From the IMG/VR virus record IMGVR_UViG_3300042261_001262: a DNA stretch of 63,563 bases. The stretch is one strand, 5' to 3'. This DNA is from an uncultured virus (IMG/VR IMGVR_UViG_3300042261_001262). Taxonomy: Duplodnaviria; Heunggongvirae; Uroviricota; Caudoviricetes. This document shows positions 19,000 to 28,659 of the stretch, piece after piece (within the stretch, counting starts at the first letter, position 1; every line of letters starts with the position of its first letter). The notes under the pieces are model-generated. The model was given only the letters and a program-made list of their open reading frames with translations. It was not told where the DNA came from and ran no database searches. The translations under genes and the position numbers were made by a program.

Positions 19000-20535
19000 T
19001 CATCTATTAAAATCATCAAGAATTTGCTTCTTGAATAAATCGAAGTCAGCAATACTTCTGATCATGGTTAAAACCATACCAGAAAGTCCTGCTAACCTTG
19101 TAATATCCGCCGAAGGTTTAAATATTGTCCCAATTCCAGGAGCAGCATTGAATAATACAGTCTTCCCCAATAAGTGTTGAGGAAGAACATGTTTATAAGA
19201 TTCAATATACCTGGGATCAGCCCAAGTAATTTCGTCTGTGACAATAATGAAAAGATCTGTTTGAGGATGTCTCCCCAAAGCATCTTTCATACATTCTAAT
19301 AACGATGTCCCATTGTAAGGAACTACAAATTTATTAAACTTTCTAGCAAAATCATTGACTCCACTAGAATCTGAATACATTTCATCAATGTCATTTGTTA
19401 TATTTCTGATTTTGTCATCAAAGATATAGAAGTTGAATTTCTGTTCAAAAATCGATGTTAACAACGATATAAATTTAGTTCCTGTTCGATGTGCTTGCCC
19501 TTGCATCGAACCTGAATAATCATACAGAATTAGTGGTCTTTTTGCGTCAATTGATACATTGACATATTTCTTTAACACAAAATCTAAAACATTTATGATA
19601 TCTTCAGATGTACGAACACCTGAAGTATATTTGTCGAATTCAAGAGAATCCATCAGAATTAAATCATAAGGATTGATAAATCTCATACCCTGGCCTGATT
19701 CGAATAAATCAATAAGTCTCTTTTTCAGAATAGGAGCATCCTTTGCTTCAAGAAAACTCAAATTCTTAATTAGAGCGTTAACCGGAATCTTTGAAATCTC
19801 CTGCTGAACATACTTTTTCTTCTGTTCATAGGAAATCTTATTGGACGTAATAGCTGCAGTAATATGTTCTGCCGATTGAATTTCACCCTCTTTAACTTCC
19901 ACTTTAAGGGAAGCAAATGGATCATTTTCAATGATTGCTTTATATAATTTACTTATTTCTTTAGTCTTAGGACGAGGCCTAAGACTAATAATAAGATGTG
20001 AAAGTTTAATTTTACGTCGTTTCATTTTCTGTCTTTTCAATGTCATTTCTGACATATGTTCGAGACAGTTTTTCAAATTGATCTTAAATTCCTTTGGAAT
20101 TGCTTCCAAGAAGGAATTAGATTTCTTTGTGTATTTAGCATAACCGAGTGAATTGGCTATAAAATCAGGACGGGTAAAAACATCCTTAACAATCTTTTTC
20201 ACATATTTCCAATTGACCAAATTTGACATAGCAAATCTGGTTGTCATAATTGTAGGACCAAGTCTAATTCCCAACTTAGTTCCGAGCCACCAAGCTAAAG
20301 CAGCTACATAAGTCGGATCTGACTTTAAATTTTTATCAATTGAATTCTCGAACATTTTCAATCTTTCCACGTCGGAATGATAGAAACTGTTTCGAGGAGT
20401 AAATGAAGATGCCAGCAAGAATAGATGCTGATCCTCTCTAAATTTATAAGTTTGATAATTTTCCTCGTTTACTACTTTGTTACTTTGTGGTCTACGAGTT
20501 ACAGCGTTAAATGCAAGTCTGTTCCTATTGTTCAT
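19000..20535 (-). CDS. TROVE domain + vWA protein (Ro60/Rsr-like RNA-binding protein)
   Basis: N-terminal VVNEE..TY...SFY pattern, FTRPD, LRPRPK and ALIKNL; C-terminal vWA MIDAS YDYSGSM...GT...IIVTDE. Confidence 0.78.
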   Translation of the reverse strand: MNNRNRLAFNAVTRRPQSNKVVNEENYQTYKFREDQHLFLLASSFTPRNSFYHSDVERLKMFENSIDKNLKSDPTYVAALAWWLGTKLGIRLGPTIMTTRFAMSNLVNWKYVKKIVKDVFTRPDFIANSLGYAKYTKKSNSFLEAIPKEFKINLKNCLEHMSEMTLKRQKMKRRKIKLSHLIISLRPRPKTKEISKLYKAIIENDPFASLKVEVKEGEIQSAEHITAAITSNKISYEQKKKYVQQEISKIPVNALIKNLSFLEAKDAPILKKRLIDLFESGQGMRFINPYDLILMDSLEFDKYTSGVRTSEDIINVLDFVLKKYVNVSIDAKRPLILYDYSGSMQGQAHRTGTKFISLLTSIFEQKFNFYIFDDKIRNITNDIDEMYSDSSGVNDFARKFNKFVVPYNGTSLLECMKDALGRHPQTDLFIIVTDEITWADPRYIESYKHVLPQHLLGKTVLFNAAPGIGTIFKPSADITRLAGLSGMVLTMIRSIADFDLFKKQILDDFNR

Positions 20536-20813
20536 ACTTCCTCCTTTTTTACAGCATTTTTGATAAAGTCTTCGATTTTCTTTTCAAGTTCAATATTGCA
20601 TTTTTTATGAATAGAATCTTTAACATCTGTAAAAATTTTGTTTACTTGTTGTTTAAAAATACCATGTTTCTTAGCTATTTCTATATAACTAAGACTTACT
20701 CCATTTTGAATTTGTTTTTCTGCTTCAATTTTCAACTCTGCTAAAAAATCTGTTGCTTGTTTTGCTGTGATTCCAAGTTTATTGAGATATTCTTCAATGT
20801 CACCTTTATTCAT
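20532..20813 (-). CDS. small HTH-like protein translationally coupled to the TROVE gene
   Basis: SYIEIAKKHGIFKQQVNKI HTH pattern; ATGA overlap with the TROVE gene. Confidence 0.6.
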   Translation of the reverse strand: MNKGDIEEYLNKLGITAKQATDFLAELKIEAEKQIQNGVSLSYIEIAKKHGIFKQQVNKIFTDVKDSIHKKCNIELEKKIEDFIKNAVKKEEV

Positions 20814-20905
20814 ATTTTCTCCTTTTTTAAATAAAAATCAGTATCCATTAAAATTTGGATACTTACTAATTCTATTATTTCTATATAAAAATCATAAAAA
20901 TAAAA

Positions 20906-20935
20906 AATTGGATAGAACCGAAGTTCTATCCAATT
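20906..20935 (-). terminator. terminator closing the RNA array
   Basis: 13-bp perfect stem AATTGGATAGAAC with a cUUCGg loop on the minus strand, then a T-tract. Confidence 0.8.
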
Positions 20936-20938
20936 AAA

Positions 20939-21348
20939 CCGACAGAGATACAAATTGAGGTTTTCATATGTAATCTCTGTCTGCAACTTTTCATTAAAAG
21001 CGGCAAAGATAATTCTCCATTCATTAAGGTAGGAGGCCCTTTCGGACCGGTCGTCCTTTCGGACATTCGTATGTAATCTTTGCCTGCAAATTTTAAAAAT
21101 CGAGAAAGATGATCCAAGTGTGGTGCCTTTCGGCATATTGTATGTAATCTTTCTCTACGAATTAAACTAGACATTTAAAAGAAAATCGACGCAGAAATGT
21201 TTCCCAGCTATTATCACCGGATAAGTTTATCAATAAACGTATGTATTCTGCGCCTGCAAAGGAGGAAATATGAAAATCGTACTAGTTATTTTGATTTAAT
21301 TTTTTTCTATATTTAGAAAACAAAAACCATATGTAAACTAGTACTACA
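20939..21348 (-). ncRNA. tandem array of five structured RNA units (Y RNA-like candidates)
   Basis: Each unit reads YGYA-[9-nt stem]-TACATA-variable loop-[complementary stem]-G-N-TTT; stem sequences differ but stay paired; lies upstream of the TROVE gene. Confidence 0.72.
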
Positions 21349-21363
21349 TATTTCAAAAGTATT

Positions 21364-21372
21364 ATTTCTATA
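21364..21372 (-). promoter_or_regulatory. TATAGAAAT promoter motif driving the RNA array
   Basis: Copy of the recurrent intergenic motif ~15 nt upstream of the first unit. Confidence 0.65.
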
Positions 21373-21443
21373 TAAAAATTGAGATTACCAAATTTTTACG
21401 AAAAAATGGGGAGGTGATTTCTCACCTCCCAGCTCTTTAAATT

Positions 21444-21875
21444 TTAAAGACCGGCAAGAATATTTCCGACGATATCACCGAGAGCATTCTTAACTTTACC
21501 ACCCTTAGGACCAGTAGCACCTGGACGGGTATCTTCAGGCCTGCTAAGGTTAGCCTTAATAAATTCTTCGGCCTTAGCCAACATTACAGGATTGTCCTTT
21601 GCCTTTTCACGAAGAGACTTCTTAACCTCCATCAGGACACGATTGACCTGATGCTTAGTGATGCCGAGCATTTCTGCGATTTCTGTATAAGACTTTGTGG
21701 GAACGAGTGCGATGACCTGGTTAATCTGTTCTACATTCATCATTTTTGCCGGAGCCTGACGTTCACCCTTCTCCTTCTTGGGCTTAGGTTCCTTTGCAGC
21801 CACTGGAGCAGCCGCAGTCTGAGGAGCTTCTTCTGTTCCTTTCTTTACAAATGGGGGAAATGGTGCATTTGCCAT
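21444..21875 (-). CDS. basic HTH DNA-binding protein, GC-richer
   Basis: SYTEIAEMLGITKHQVNRVL HTH; GGAGG RBS; downstream hairpin 21407-21431. Confidence 0.7.
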   Translation of the reverse strand: MANAPFPPFVKKGTEEAPQTAAAPVAAKEPKPKKEKGERQAPAKMMNVEQINQVIALVPTKSYTEIAEMLGITKHQVNRVLMEVKKSLREKAKDNPVMLAKAEEFIKANLSRPEDTRPGATGPKGGKVKNALGDIVGNILAGL

Positions 21876-21954
21876 AACTAATGCCTCCTATATAGATTTT
21901 TGTTTGAGGTTTTTACCTCATTATTGTATGGTATTTAATCCATACATATAATTT

Positions 21955-22033
21955 TTATTTAATTTCATTTAAATTTGCAAATTCACCAAAATATTTAACT
22001 GCTGCTTCATTATATATTTTGGCTGCATCCTCC
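21955..22033 (-). pseudogene. AP2-domain remnant of an HNH-AP2 homing endonuclease
   Basis: Translates as EDAAKIYNEAAVKYFGEFANLNEIK*, with no start codon. Confidence 0.6.
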
Positions 22034-22044
22034 TAATATATATT

Positions 22045-23862
22045 TTAATTTGTTTTTAATTTAATATTATTTATGACCTCGTTTAGAATCACGTCCATTT
22101 TAATAGACGGATTATCCATTATCGCTCTTTTTACATCAGTGTTTGTTATAATTGAAATCAATGAATTTAAAATTGTATCGTTTTCTGGCCATTTTACATT
22201 GTATTCAAAACCAGATCTGATACAAACTTCTAATTCTTCTGGGTCCATTTCACCAAGACCTTTAAATCTGGTTACTTTAAATCCTTTCTGTTTAAAATCT
22301 TCAACTCTGGATTCATTATATATTGGAGTATATTTACCTCCTTTTGTTGCTCCAAATAATGGGGGAATAATAACACTTACTTTTCCTTCTTTAATCATAT
22401 CTGGAGCATATTTTTGTAGAATTAATAAAAGCAATACAGCAATATGTTGACCATCTTTATCTGCATCACTTAAAATTTTAATAGATTTATATCTTCTATT
22501 ATTACCAGAACCCAGAGCTTCTAATAAATCTCTAATTTCTTTATTATTTTTAATCTTTTCAAGAGTTGTTGATTCAACATTGAGAACTTTACCTCTTAAT
22601 GGAAATAAAGCTTCAGTTTCTTCAAATCTAATGTCTTTTAAAGTTCCTTCTGCAGAATCACCTTCCAAGATATATAAAACATCTCCTGGAATTTTCTTAC
22701 AATCTCTAAGTTTATCAACTGCAACTCTTTTTGTTGATCTTACTGATTTAGAACTTTTTGTAATTTTTTGATGTAATTTATTTTCCAGATTAGTTTGAAT
22801 AGTTTCTATTATTCCTTTTTGTGTTACAAACCAGTCAATTTGAGATTTTAATGGATCAATTAATATATTCTTAACATCTAAAACCATTCTAGTCTTTGTT
22901 TGACTATCAAATTTCGGCTCTGGAATATTAAGTAATACGAATAATCTTAATCCATTAAGATATTCTCTATCTGTAACTTTTGCAAATCTCTTATCCAACT
23001 TTTCGCCGATTGATTTTTTTAATTCAGTTTGAAAAGAGGTTAGATATTTACCATCACAGAATCTGAGATTTACATTTCCAATGATAATATTATCATCAGA
23101 TTCAACATATGTTAAAATTACATTAATCTTTTCTTCATCAGAAGTTTTATGTTCTAAAGTATAAACCATATCTGAATCTTCTAATCTTAAATGATCTTTG
23201 ACATAGTCAACAAAAGAAATATGTGGAATTTCTTTTCCATTGAAACTAAATTTATCTAAATCAAAAACAGATTGAACTAAAATTAGTCTTTCGACAAAAT
23301 ATCTACTATTAAATTCAATAGAATTGAAAAATTCTTTATTTGGTTTAAAACCTACTGTTGTAGACCAAGAAAAATCGTTATTATTTTCTTCTTCTTTTGA
23401 ATAAAATTTTGAATCAAGAAAATTATATGTATGGACTTTTGATTTATCTTGACGATCTCTTGTTTTAACGATCATCCATTCAGATAATGCATTAACTGCA
23501 ACTAATCCAACACCATGCATACCGATTAATTGATTATAATCTTCTGTATCAAATTTAGTACCAGAAAATAATCTGGTACATAACACAATCATTGAATCTT
23601 CAATTTCACCATCTGGCAATGTCATTTGATGTACTGGTATTCCTCTACCATTATCTGTACACCAAAAAGAATTTTGTTCGATGTCGTAAAAAATCTTTAA
23701 TTCTGTTGCATAACCATTTGCAATTTCATCTAGAGCATTATCTAATACTTCTTCTGCCAAATGATTAGGTGTCGATACATCTCCAATGAACATTCCGGGT
23801 CTTTTTCGAACAATCTCAATGCTGTCTAATGCTTGTACCGTCATAAAAAACCTCACAAACAC
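22045..23862 (-). CDS. gyrB: type IIA topoisomerase B subunit (GyrB/ParE-like); probable start 23844
   Basis: VRKRPGMFIG, EVLDNALDE, DNGRGIP, GMHGVG, EGDSA, PLRGK, DADKDG and RFKGLGEM. Confidence 0.93.
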   Translation of the reverse strand: MFVRFFMTVQALDSIEIVRKRPGMFIGDVSTPNHLAEEVLDNALDEIANGYATELKIFYDIEQNSFWCTDNGRGIPVHQMTLPDGEIEDSMIVLCTRLFSGTKFDTEDYNQLIGMHGVGLVAVNALSEWMIVKTRDRQDKSKVHTYNFLDSKFYSKEEENNNDFSWSTTVGFKPNKEFFNSIEFNSRYFVERLILVQSVFDLDKFSFNGKEIPHISFVDYVKDHLRLEDSDMVYTLEHKTSDEEKINVILTYVESDDNIIIGNVNLRFCDGKYLTSFQTELKKSIGEKLDKRFAKVTDREYLNGLRLFVLLNIPEPKFDSQTKTRMVLDVKNILIDPLKSQIDWFVTQKGIIETIQTNLENKLHQKITKSSKSVRSTKRVAVDKLRDCKKIPGDVLYILEGDSAEGTLKDIRFEETEALFPLRGKVLNVESTTLEKIKNNKEIRDLLEALGSGNNRRYKSIKILSDADKDGQHIAVLLLLILQKYAPDMIKEGKVSVIIPPLFGATKGGKYTPIYNESRVEDFKQKGFKVTRFKGLGEMDPEELEVCIRSGFEYNVKWPENDTILNSLISIITNTDVKRAIMDNPSIKMDVILNEVINNIKLKTN

Positions 23863-24010
23863 AAGAAATTTTTATTTCAAAAGTATTATTTCTATATGAA
23901 AACTTTAAATGTGAAAAATTTTTCCTATGGGGAAAATATTTGTTTTTGTTCAAAGAATGAAATTAAGTATGGGCTACTTTGGATAGCCCATACTTAATAT
24001 TGTTTTTAAA

Positions 24011-24490
24011 TTAGAAAGGAATGGAATCCTTTTCTACATTATTCGATTCATTTGAATCAAAAAATTCCATAGTTACTTCTGGTTCTTGTGTTACTGGAAG
24101 ATTAAGGTCAATTGAATAACCTTTTACTTCCATAATTTTGCCGTTCTTTCTAGGAACACCAACTGTTTCTTTAATAGCTGAAAGTGATCCATTAGCTGGT
24201 ATATGTGGCATATCAAATAACTTCTTATATGAAGTTACGAAACTACCATGTTTGTCTTTTGTTAATTTTCTAATATCAACTGAAATATTTCTTCCTTCGA
24301 TTATGATAAGTTTGTTATATTCATCATCGAAGAGAAATTCACAGGTATTACTTTTGAATCCTGGATCGAATCTTAAAACAATTCTATGAGCTTTCTTGTT
24401 GAAGTAAACTTTTGGAATACTATCATCCTTCTCTTTCTTTTTTCCTTTGGAATCTATACCAAGGACATCATTGATATTTTTTATAGCCAT
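24011..24490 (-). CDS. hypothetical protein ending in an SSB-like tail (KDSIPF)
   Basis: ORF followed by a terminator hairpin at ~23961-23998. Confidence 0.6.
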   Translation of the reverse strand: MAIKNINDVLGIDSKGKKKEKDDSIPKVYFNKKAHRIVLRFDPGFKSNTCEFLFDDEYNKLIIIEGRNISVDIRKLTKDKHGSFVTSYKKLFDMPHIPANGSLSAIKETVGVPRKNGKIMEVKGYSIDLNLPVTQEPEVTMEFFDSNESNNVEKDSIPF

Positions 24491-24492
24491 TT

Positions 24493-24741
24493 TTATTTCT
24501 CCTGTTCTTTGAATCCATTTTGAATTTCATCTACTAATTCTCGATCAAGTTCAACACATAAATTAGTTCTTAACCAAACCCAAACTGTGCCGTCATCTCT
24601 AAAATCAAGTACAGGTTGAAATCTGTAAGGTGAATTTAATAAATGTTGGTTATTAAGTGGTTCTAATGTAGAATCATTGAGATGATTTAGTTCATATCTT
24701 ATTTGTATTTGTGACATTTTTCTCCTATAACATTGATTCAA
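24493..24741 (-). CDS. hypothetical protein
   Basis: ORF in the gene run; probable start MSQIQ. Confidence 0.5.
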   Translation of the reverse strand: MNQCYRRKMSQIQIRYELNHLNDSTLEPLNNQHLLNSPYRFQPVLDFRDDGTVWVWLRTNLCVELDRELVDEIQNGFKEQEK

Positions 24742-25738
24742 TTACACATTTAATCATTTCATAAAAAGCAGATATCAAATGTGCATGTGGATATTTTTTC
24801 ATTTCGATTTCTTCTGAATATTTAGCGACTATAACTTGTAATGGTATAAATCTTGTAGTTTCATATAATCTAACAAAAACATTTTCATAATTTATGTCAT
24901 AATTATTATGACATAAAGTTACAAATTCTTGATACTCTTTACCTATGATAGAATTTATAGGTGTTATTATACAAAGTCTTCTAGTTGTTGGTTCATTATT
25001 TTTCATTACAGTTTCAATCATCTTAAATATTAGAGTAACAATATTATCCTCAATATTTAAGTTCTTTTCTAAATCTTGAAAGTTTATATTTCCATTATTA
25101 GAAACATAAACTTTTTGTAATGAATTTATTAATTCACGTAGACCATGCCGGTAATTTTTATCAACAAAATTAGACAATTCTTCTTTGTCATATGTAGCTT
25201 TTTCTTCGTCCAATACATATTCTAATCTACGCTTAATATCAACTATGTTATCAGATGAAAAGTCTATTTTATATGTAAACCTTGTTAATAATGCACCATC
25301 AATACGTTTTGGATAATTTGTACAACATATGAAACTAACATGTTCTTGAAATTTTTCTAACATGTCTTCTTTTAACTGTCGTTGTGCTTGTCTTGATAAA
25401 CCATCTAATTCTTCAATATAGACAATTTTAGATTTACTTGCTACAGGCTTTTTTGTTATGAATGGTGCAACTTTATCATCAATCTCTTCTACTTTTCGAG
25501 ATCTCATTCTACATAAATCATTTTGACTCTTTATTAAATTTCTAATAAGAATAAGACTTATAGTAGTTTTACCTGTTCCAGCAGGACCACTAAATAAAAC
25601 ATTTCCTGGGATTCTTTCATTTGCAACCCAGGTTGCAATTAAATTTTTATCTTCTTGATTTGAAAATACAACATCATCTATGCTTTTAGGTCTGTATTTT
25701 TCATACCATGCAATATTAGGTGATAATTGATCCATCAA
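24725..25738 (-). CDS. clamp loader AAA+ subunit (RFC/T4 gp44-like)
   Basis: WYEKYRPKSIDD, GPAGTGKTT, IEELD, CTNY and LLTRF. Confidence 0.9.
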   Translation of the reverse strand: MMDQLSPNIAWYEKYRPKSIDDVVFSNQEDKNLIATWVANERIPGNVLFSGPAGTGKTTISLILIRNLIKSQNDLCRMRSRKVEEIDDKVAPFITKKPVASKSKIVYIEELDGLSRQAQRQLKEDMLEKFQEHVSFICCTNYPKRIDGALLTRFTYKIDFSSDNIVDIKRRLEYVLDEEKATYDKEELSNFVDKNYRHGLRELINSLQKVYVSNNGNINFQDLEKNLNIEDNIVTLIFKMIETVMKNNEPTTRRLCIITPINSIIGKEYQEFVTLCHNNYDINYENVFVRLYETTRFIPLQVIVAKYSEEIEMKKYPHAHLISAFYEMIKCVIESML

Positions 25739-25806
25739 TCCTCCTTAAATAAATAAAAAATTTAAAAAGAGAAATGGGGCTGTAAAAGCCCCCATTCTCA
25801 CCCAGG

Positions 25807-26157
25807 CTAGACCGTTCCGGTCGCCTGTTTTGCCTCGGCTTCGGCTTTCGCCTCAGCCTTAGCCGCCTTTCGTGCCTCTTCCATGGCTTCCGCCATGATT
25901 GAGGCGACGCCCTTCTGGAACCGGAGACGGTTCCAGAAGTGGTAAGCGATACTGACGATAGTGATTGCGAATGCAATCGCTATCCACCAGTATATCGTTG
26001 TCTGGTATCCTGCCGCTTGCTTCTCGAGTATCGAGATGAAGCGGTCTTCGGACCAAACGTCCAATGCCCATTCACTCCAAGTTCTCGCATTCGCGAGAAC
26101 TGGAGTAACGATCGACATAACTGCTCCAAGGAACATCGCAACGATTTTGTTGTTCAT
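25807..26157 (-). CDS. membrane protein (signal peptide + TM), GC-rich; probable start MNNKIV
   Basis: AAGGAGG RBS; two hydrophobic segments; two promoter motifs upstream. Confidence 0.65.
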   Translation of the reverse strand: MNNKIVAMFLGAVMSIVTPVLANARTWSEWALDVWSEDRFISILEKQAAGYQTTIYWWIAIAFAITIVSIAYHFWNRLRFQKGVASIMAEAMEEARKAAKAEAKAEAEAKQATGTV

Positions 26158-26455
26158 TACTACCTCCTTAGTTAGTTTTACATCTACTATATATATTTCT
26201 ATATATATGTCTTGAATATTCAAATTCTTATATATAATTTCTATATATTGAGCATGAATATACAAATTAACCAGGAGGTTCTGTAGTAAAGAGAAACATA
26301 ACCAGGAAAAGGAATGTATATACAAACCATATGAGAATTCTATATCCTAATTTATATCCGGAATCTTTAATCATTCCTAACGTTATTCCATAACAAAATA
26401 CATTAACAAATAACATAATTTCAAATCTCATTTGAAACCTTCCTTAATTTTTATT

Positions 26456-27865
26456 CTAATTTTGCAATATCTTTACATATGAATAACACTCCAAATCTGT
26501 ATCCATTACGGATTTTTTAGCTGTAGAAACATCATTATCTATTTTTTTAAGATCTATATTTGTTTCTACCAAATTTCTAATATTTCTTTTAGAACATACA
26601 TCGATAATATCTTTTTCTGTTACATCTCTTAATTCTTTTTTCCAAATATTCTTTTCAAGATTATATTCTTCAATTTCAACAGCTAATGTTCCACCTGACT
26701 TATTTTCATAATCATGGAACTTTTTAACTATATCATTTATTGTTGTAGCTTTAGTTTCTTCAAATATTGATCTAATAATAGCTACTACCATATATTCTAT
26801 TTTCTTATTAATTAATTTTGTGTATTCATCGGCACGTTTACAAAGTACAGCATACTTCCAAGCTTCATAACTATTTCTGATAATGCCATCAACACCCATA
26901 GTTTCAACTCTACCATCACTATTACAGAAGATAGAATTGAAGTTAAGTTTTCTTACAAGGTAATCTGACCAAATTGTTGATGCGATTTGATTTAAATCGG
27001 CGTTTCTTTTTCTAGGTTCAACAATAACATGTATATTACCTTTTTTAGAAGCATCTCTTAAATCAATTTCAAGTTTTCCTTCTTTAACATCTTCAATTAA
27101 TGAATTAAAAGAAGCATTTGGAGCTCTTCCTAAGATTTTAATTGATTTATCTTCAATTTTACCATCAGGTATAACATTTACATTACCAACTCCATTTATT
27201 AATATATTATAGAATTGGTTAATACCTGCCTCTGTTATTGTACAATTTTTAATATTTGGTTCTATTTCAGGACCATGTGTTAAAGGTGTTAATTTTTTCT
27301 CAGTTGACATCTTAACTTCTTTCTTATTCTCCAATAACCAAACTAATCTTTTAGCAAGATCTTTTAATGTATACTTTGGGATTACTGTTTTATAAAATGA
27401 TATACCTGTTATAATTCCTTCTCCAATTAATCCAAGGGGTACTGGACAAGGTAAATATAATGGTTCAGATTCCAATTCAAATTCTTGCCAAGGAACAAAA
27501 TCTATATAACTAAATACTAGATCTTTAACCCATTCGGCAAGATGTACTTCACTATATCTGTAAGCTGCTGCTGAAGAATCTGTTAATCCGGGAGAACCCC
27601 AGTTTCCTTTACCCACAGCATAGTCTTGATGTACGAGTTGAACTAATGTTCCATATGTACTATTATCACCATGAGGATGATATTTAGCAATACAATATCC
27701 TACAATTTTAGCACTTTTAACAAAATCTTTTTTAGCTTCTTCAAATAATGTTAATAATATTCTTCTTTCAACTGGTTTTAAACCATCAATATAAAATGGT
27801 ATAGCTCTGAATCTATTGATATATCTACCATATTCCGAGTAAAATACAGGAATAATTTTATTCAT
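26456..27865 (-). CDS. gyrA: type IIA topoisomerase A subunit (GyrA/ParC-like, no C-terminal beta-pinwheel)
   Basis: DGLKPVERRIL, VKSAKIVG, YHPHGD, GNWGS and AAAYRYSE (catalytic Tyr). Confidence 0.92.
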   Translation of the reverse strand: MNKIIPVFYSEYGRYINRFRAIPFYIDGLKPVERRILLTLFEEAKKDFVKSAKIVGYCIAKYHPHGDNSTYGTLVQLVHQDYAVGKGNWGSPGLTDSSAAAYRYSEVHLAEWVKDLVFSYIDFVPWQEFELESEPLYLPCPVPLGLIGEGIITGISFYKTVIPKYTLKDLAKRLVWLLENKKEVKMSTEKKLTPLTHGPEIEPNIKNCTITEAGINQFYNILINGVGNVNVIPDGKIEDKSIKILGRAPNASFNSLIEDVKEGKLEIDLRDASKKGNIHVIVEPRKRNADLNQIASTIWSDYLVRKLNFNSIFCNSDGRVETMGVDGIIRNSYEAWKYAVLCKRADEYTKLINKKIEYMVVAIIRSIFEETKATTINDIVKKFHDYENKSGGTLAVEIEEYNLEKNIWKKELRDVTEKDIIDVCSKRNIRNLVETNIDLKKIDNDVSTAKKSVMDTDLECYSYVKILQN

Positions 27866-27866
27866 T

Positions 27867-28649
27867 CTAATCTCCTGTGATTGTCATGTTTGATATATAA
27901 TCTAATAATTTAAGTTCATTTAAATTTGCATAAGGTTCAAAACTCACGGTTCTTAAAATATTATGATCAGCAAATTTAAAATTTGTATAAGTGTTACGAT
28001 ATGATTTAATGACACATACTGAATTATCTTGAATTTTATAAACTTTCAACATTTCTTTTAAATTTGGATTACTAAGAGTATCCATAATAGTATTTATCTG
28101 TTTAATAATAACAGTGAAACCACGATCATTTATTGATTTTATTTTAAAAGTTTCTAAAGAATTCTTTTCTTCGGAATAGAACATTTTTATTATCTGAATT
28201 AAAGCAATTAATGACTTTCTATGATTGTTCGTTTTAATTTTTAAGGTTTTCTTAGTTTTATCAATAATATCTACTATTTCAACGGGAGTTGTATTTGAAT
28301 CTATAACATCTTGCACATAATCAATAATAAAAGATTCTAGATCTTTTTTATCATCCAAATATTCTTTAATATATGGACAATGATTCTCGAAAAACTTAAA
28401 TATTTCAGGAAAGTTTTCAAATTTTATGATTTCTTTCATTGAAAAATTCATATTTTGATTATAAATATACAGAGTTTTGGGTATTAATGTTAAACTCGTA
28501 TCTCTCTTTATAATTGATTCATCAAATATTATTTCTGAACTCCTATCTTCATAATTAATCTTTATATCTTTCACAGTGTGATATCTTAATTTAACATGTA
28601 AAATTTTGATCTGTTCTAAATCAAATATACTATCCCAACTCATTATCAT
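27867..28649 (-). CDS. hypothetical protein
   Basis: Long ORF. Confidence 0.6.
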   Translation of the reverse strand: MIMSWDSIFDLEQIKILHVKLRYHTVKDIKINYEDRSSEIIFDESIIKRDTSLTLIPKTLYIYNQNMNFSMKEIIKFENFPEIFKFFENHCPYIKEYLDDKKDLESFIIDYVQDVIDSNTTPVEIVDIIDKTKKTLKIKTNNHRKSLIALIQIIKMFYSEEKNSLETFKIKSINDRGFTVIIKQINTIMDTLSNPNLKEMLKVYKIQDNSVCVIKSYRNTYTNFKFADHNILRTVSFEPYANLNELKLLDYISNMTITGD

Positions 28650-28659
28650 TTCATTTTCC

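Noticed and set aside
20810..21174. ORFs 20810-21136 and 20926-21174
   Set aside because: They run across the RNA array (the longer one also across a terminator and a promoter motif) and have no evident RBS; the pattern here is conserved base pairing, not coding.
20939..21348. CRISPR array interpretation of the repeats
   Set aside because: The repeats are not identical, unit lengths are irregular, each unit closes on itself as a stem, and no cas genes are in the window.
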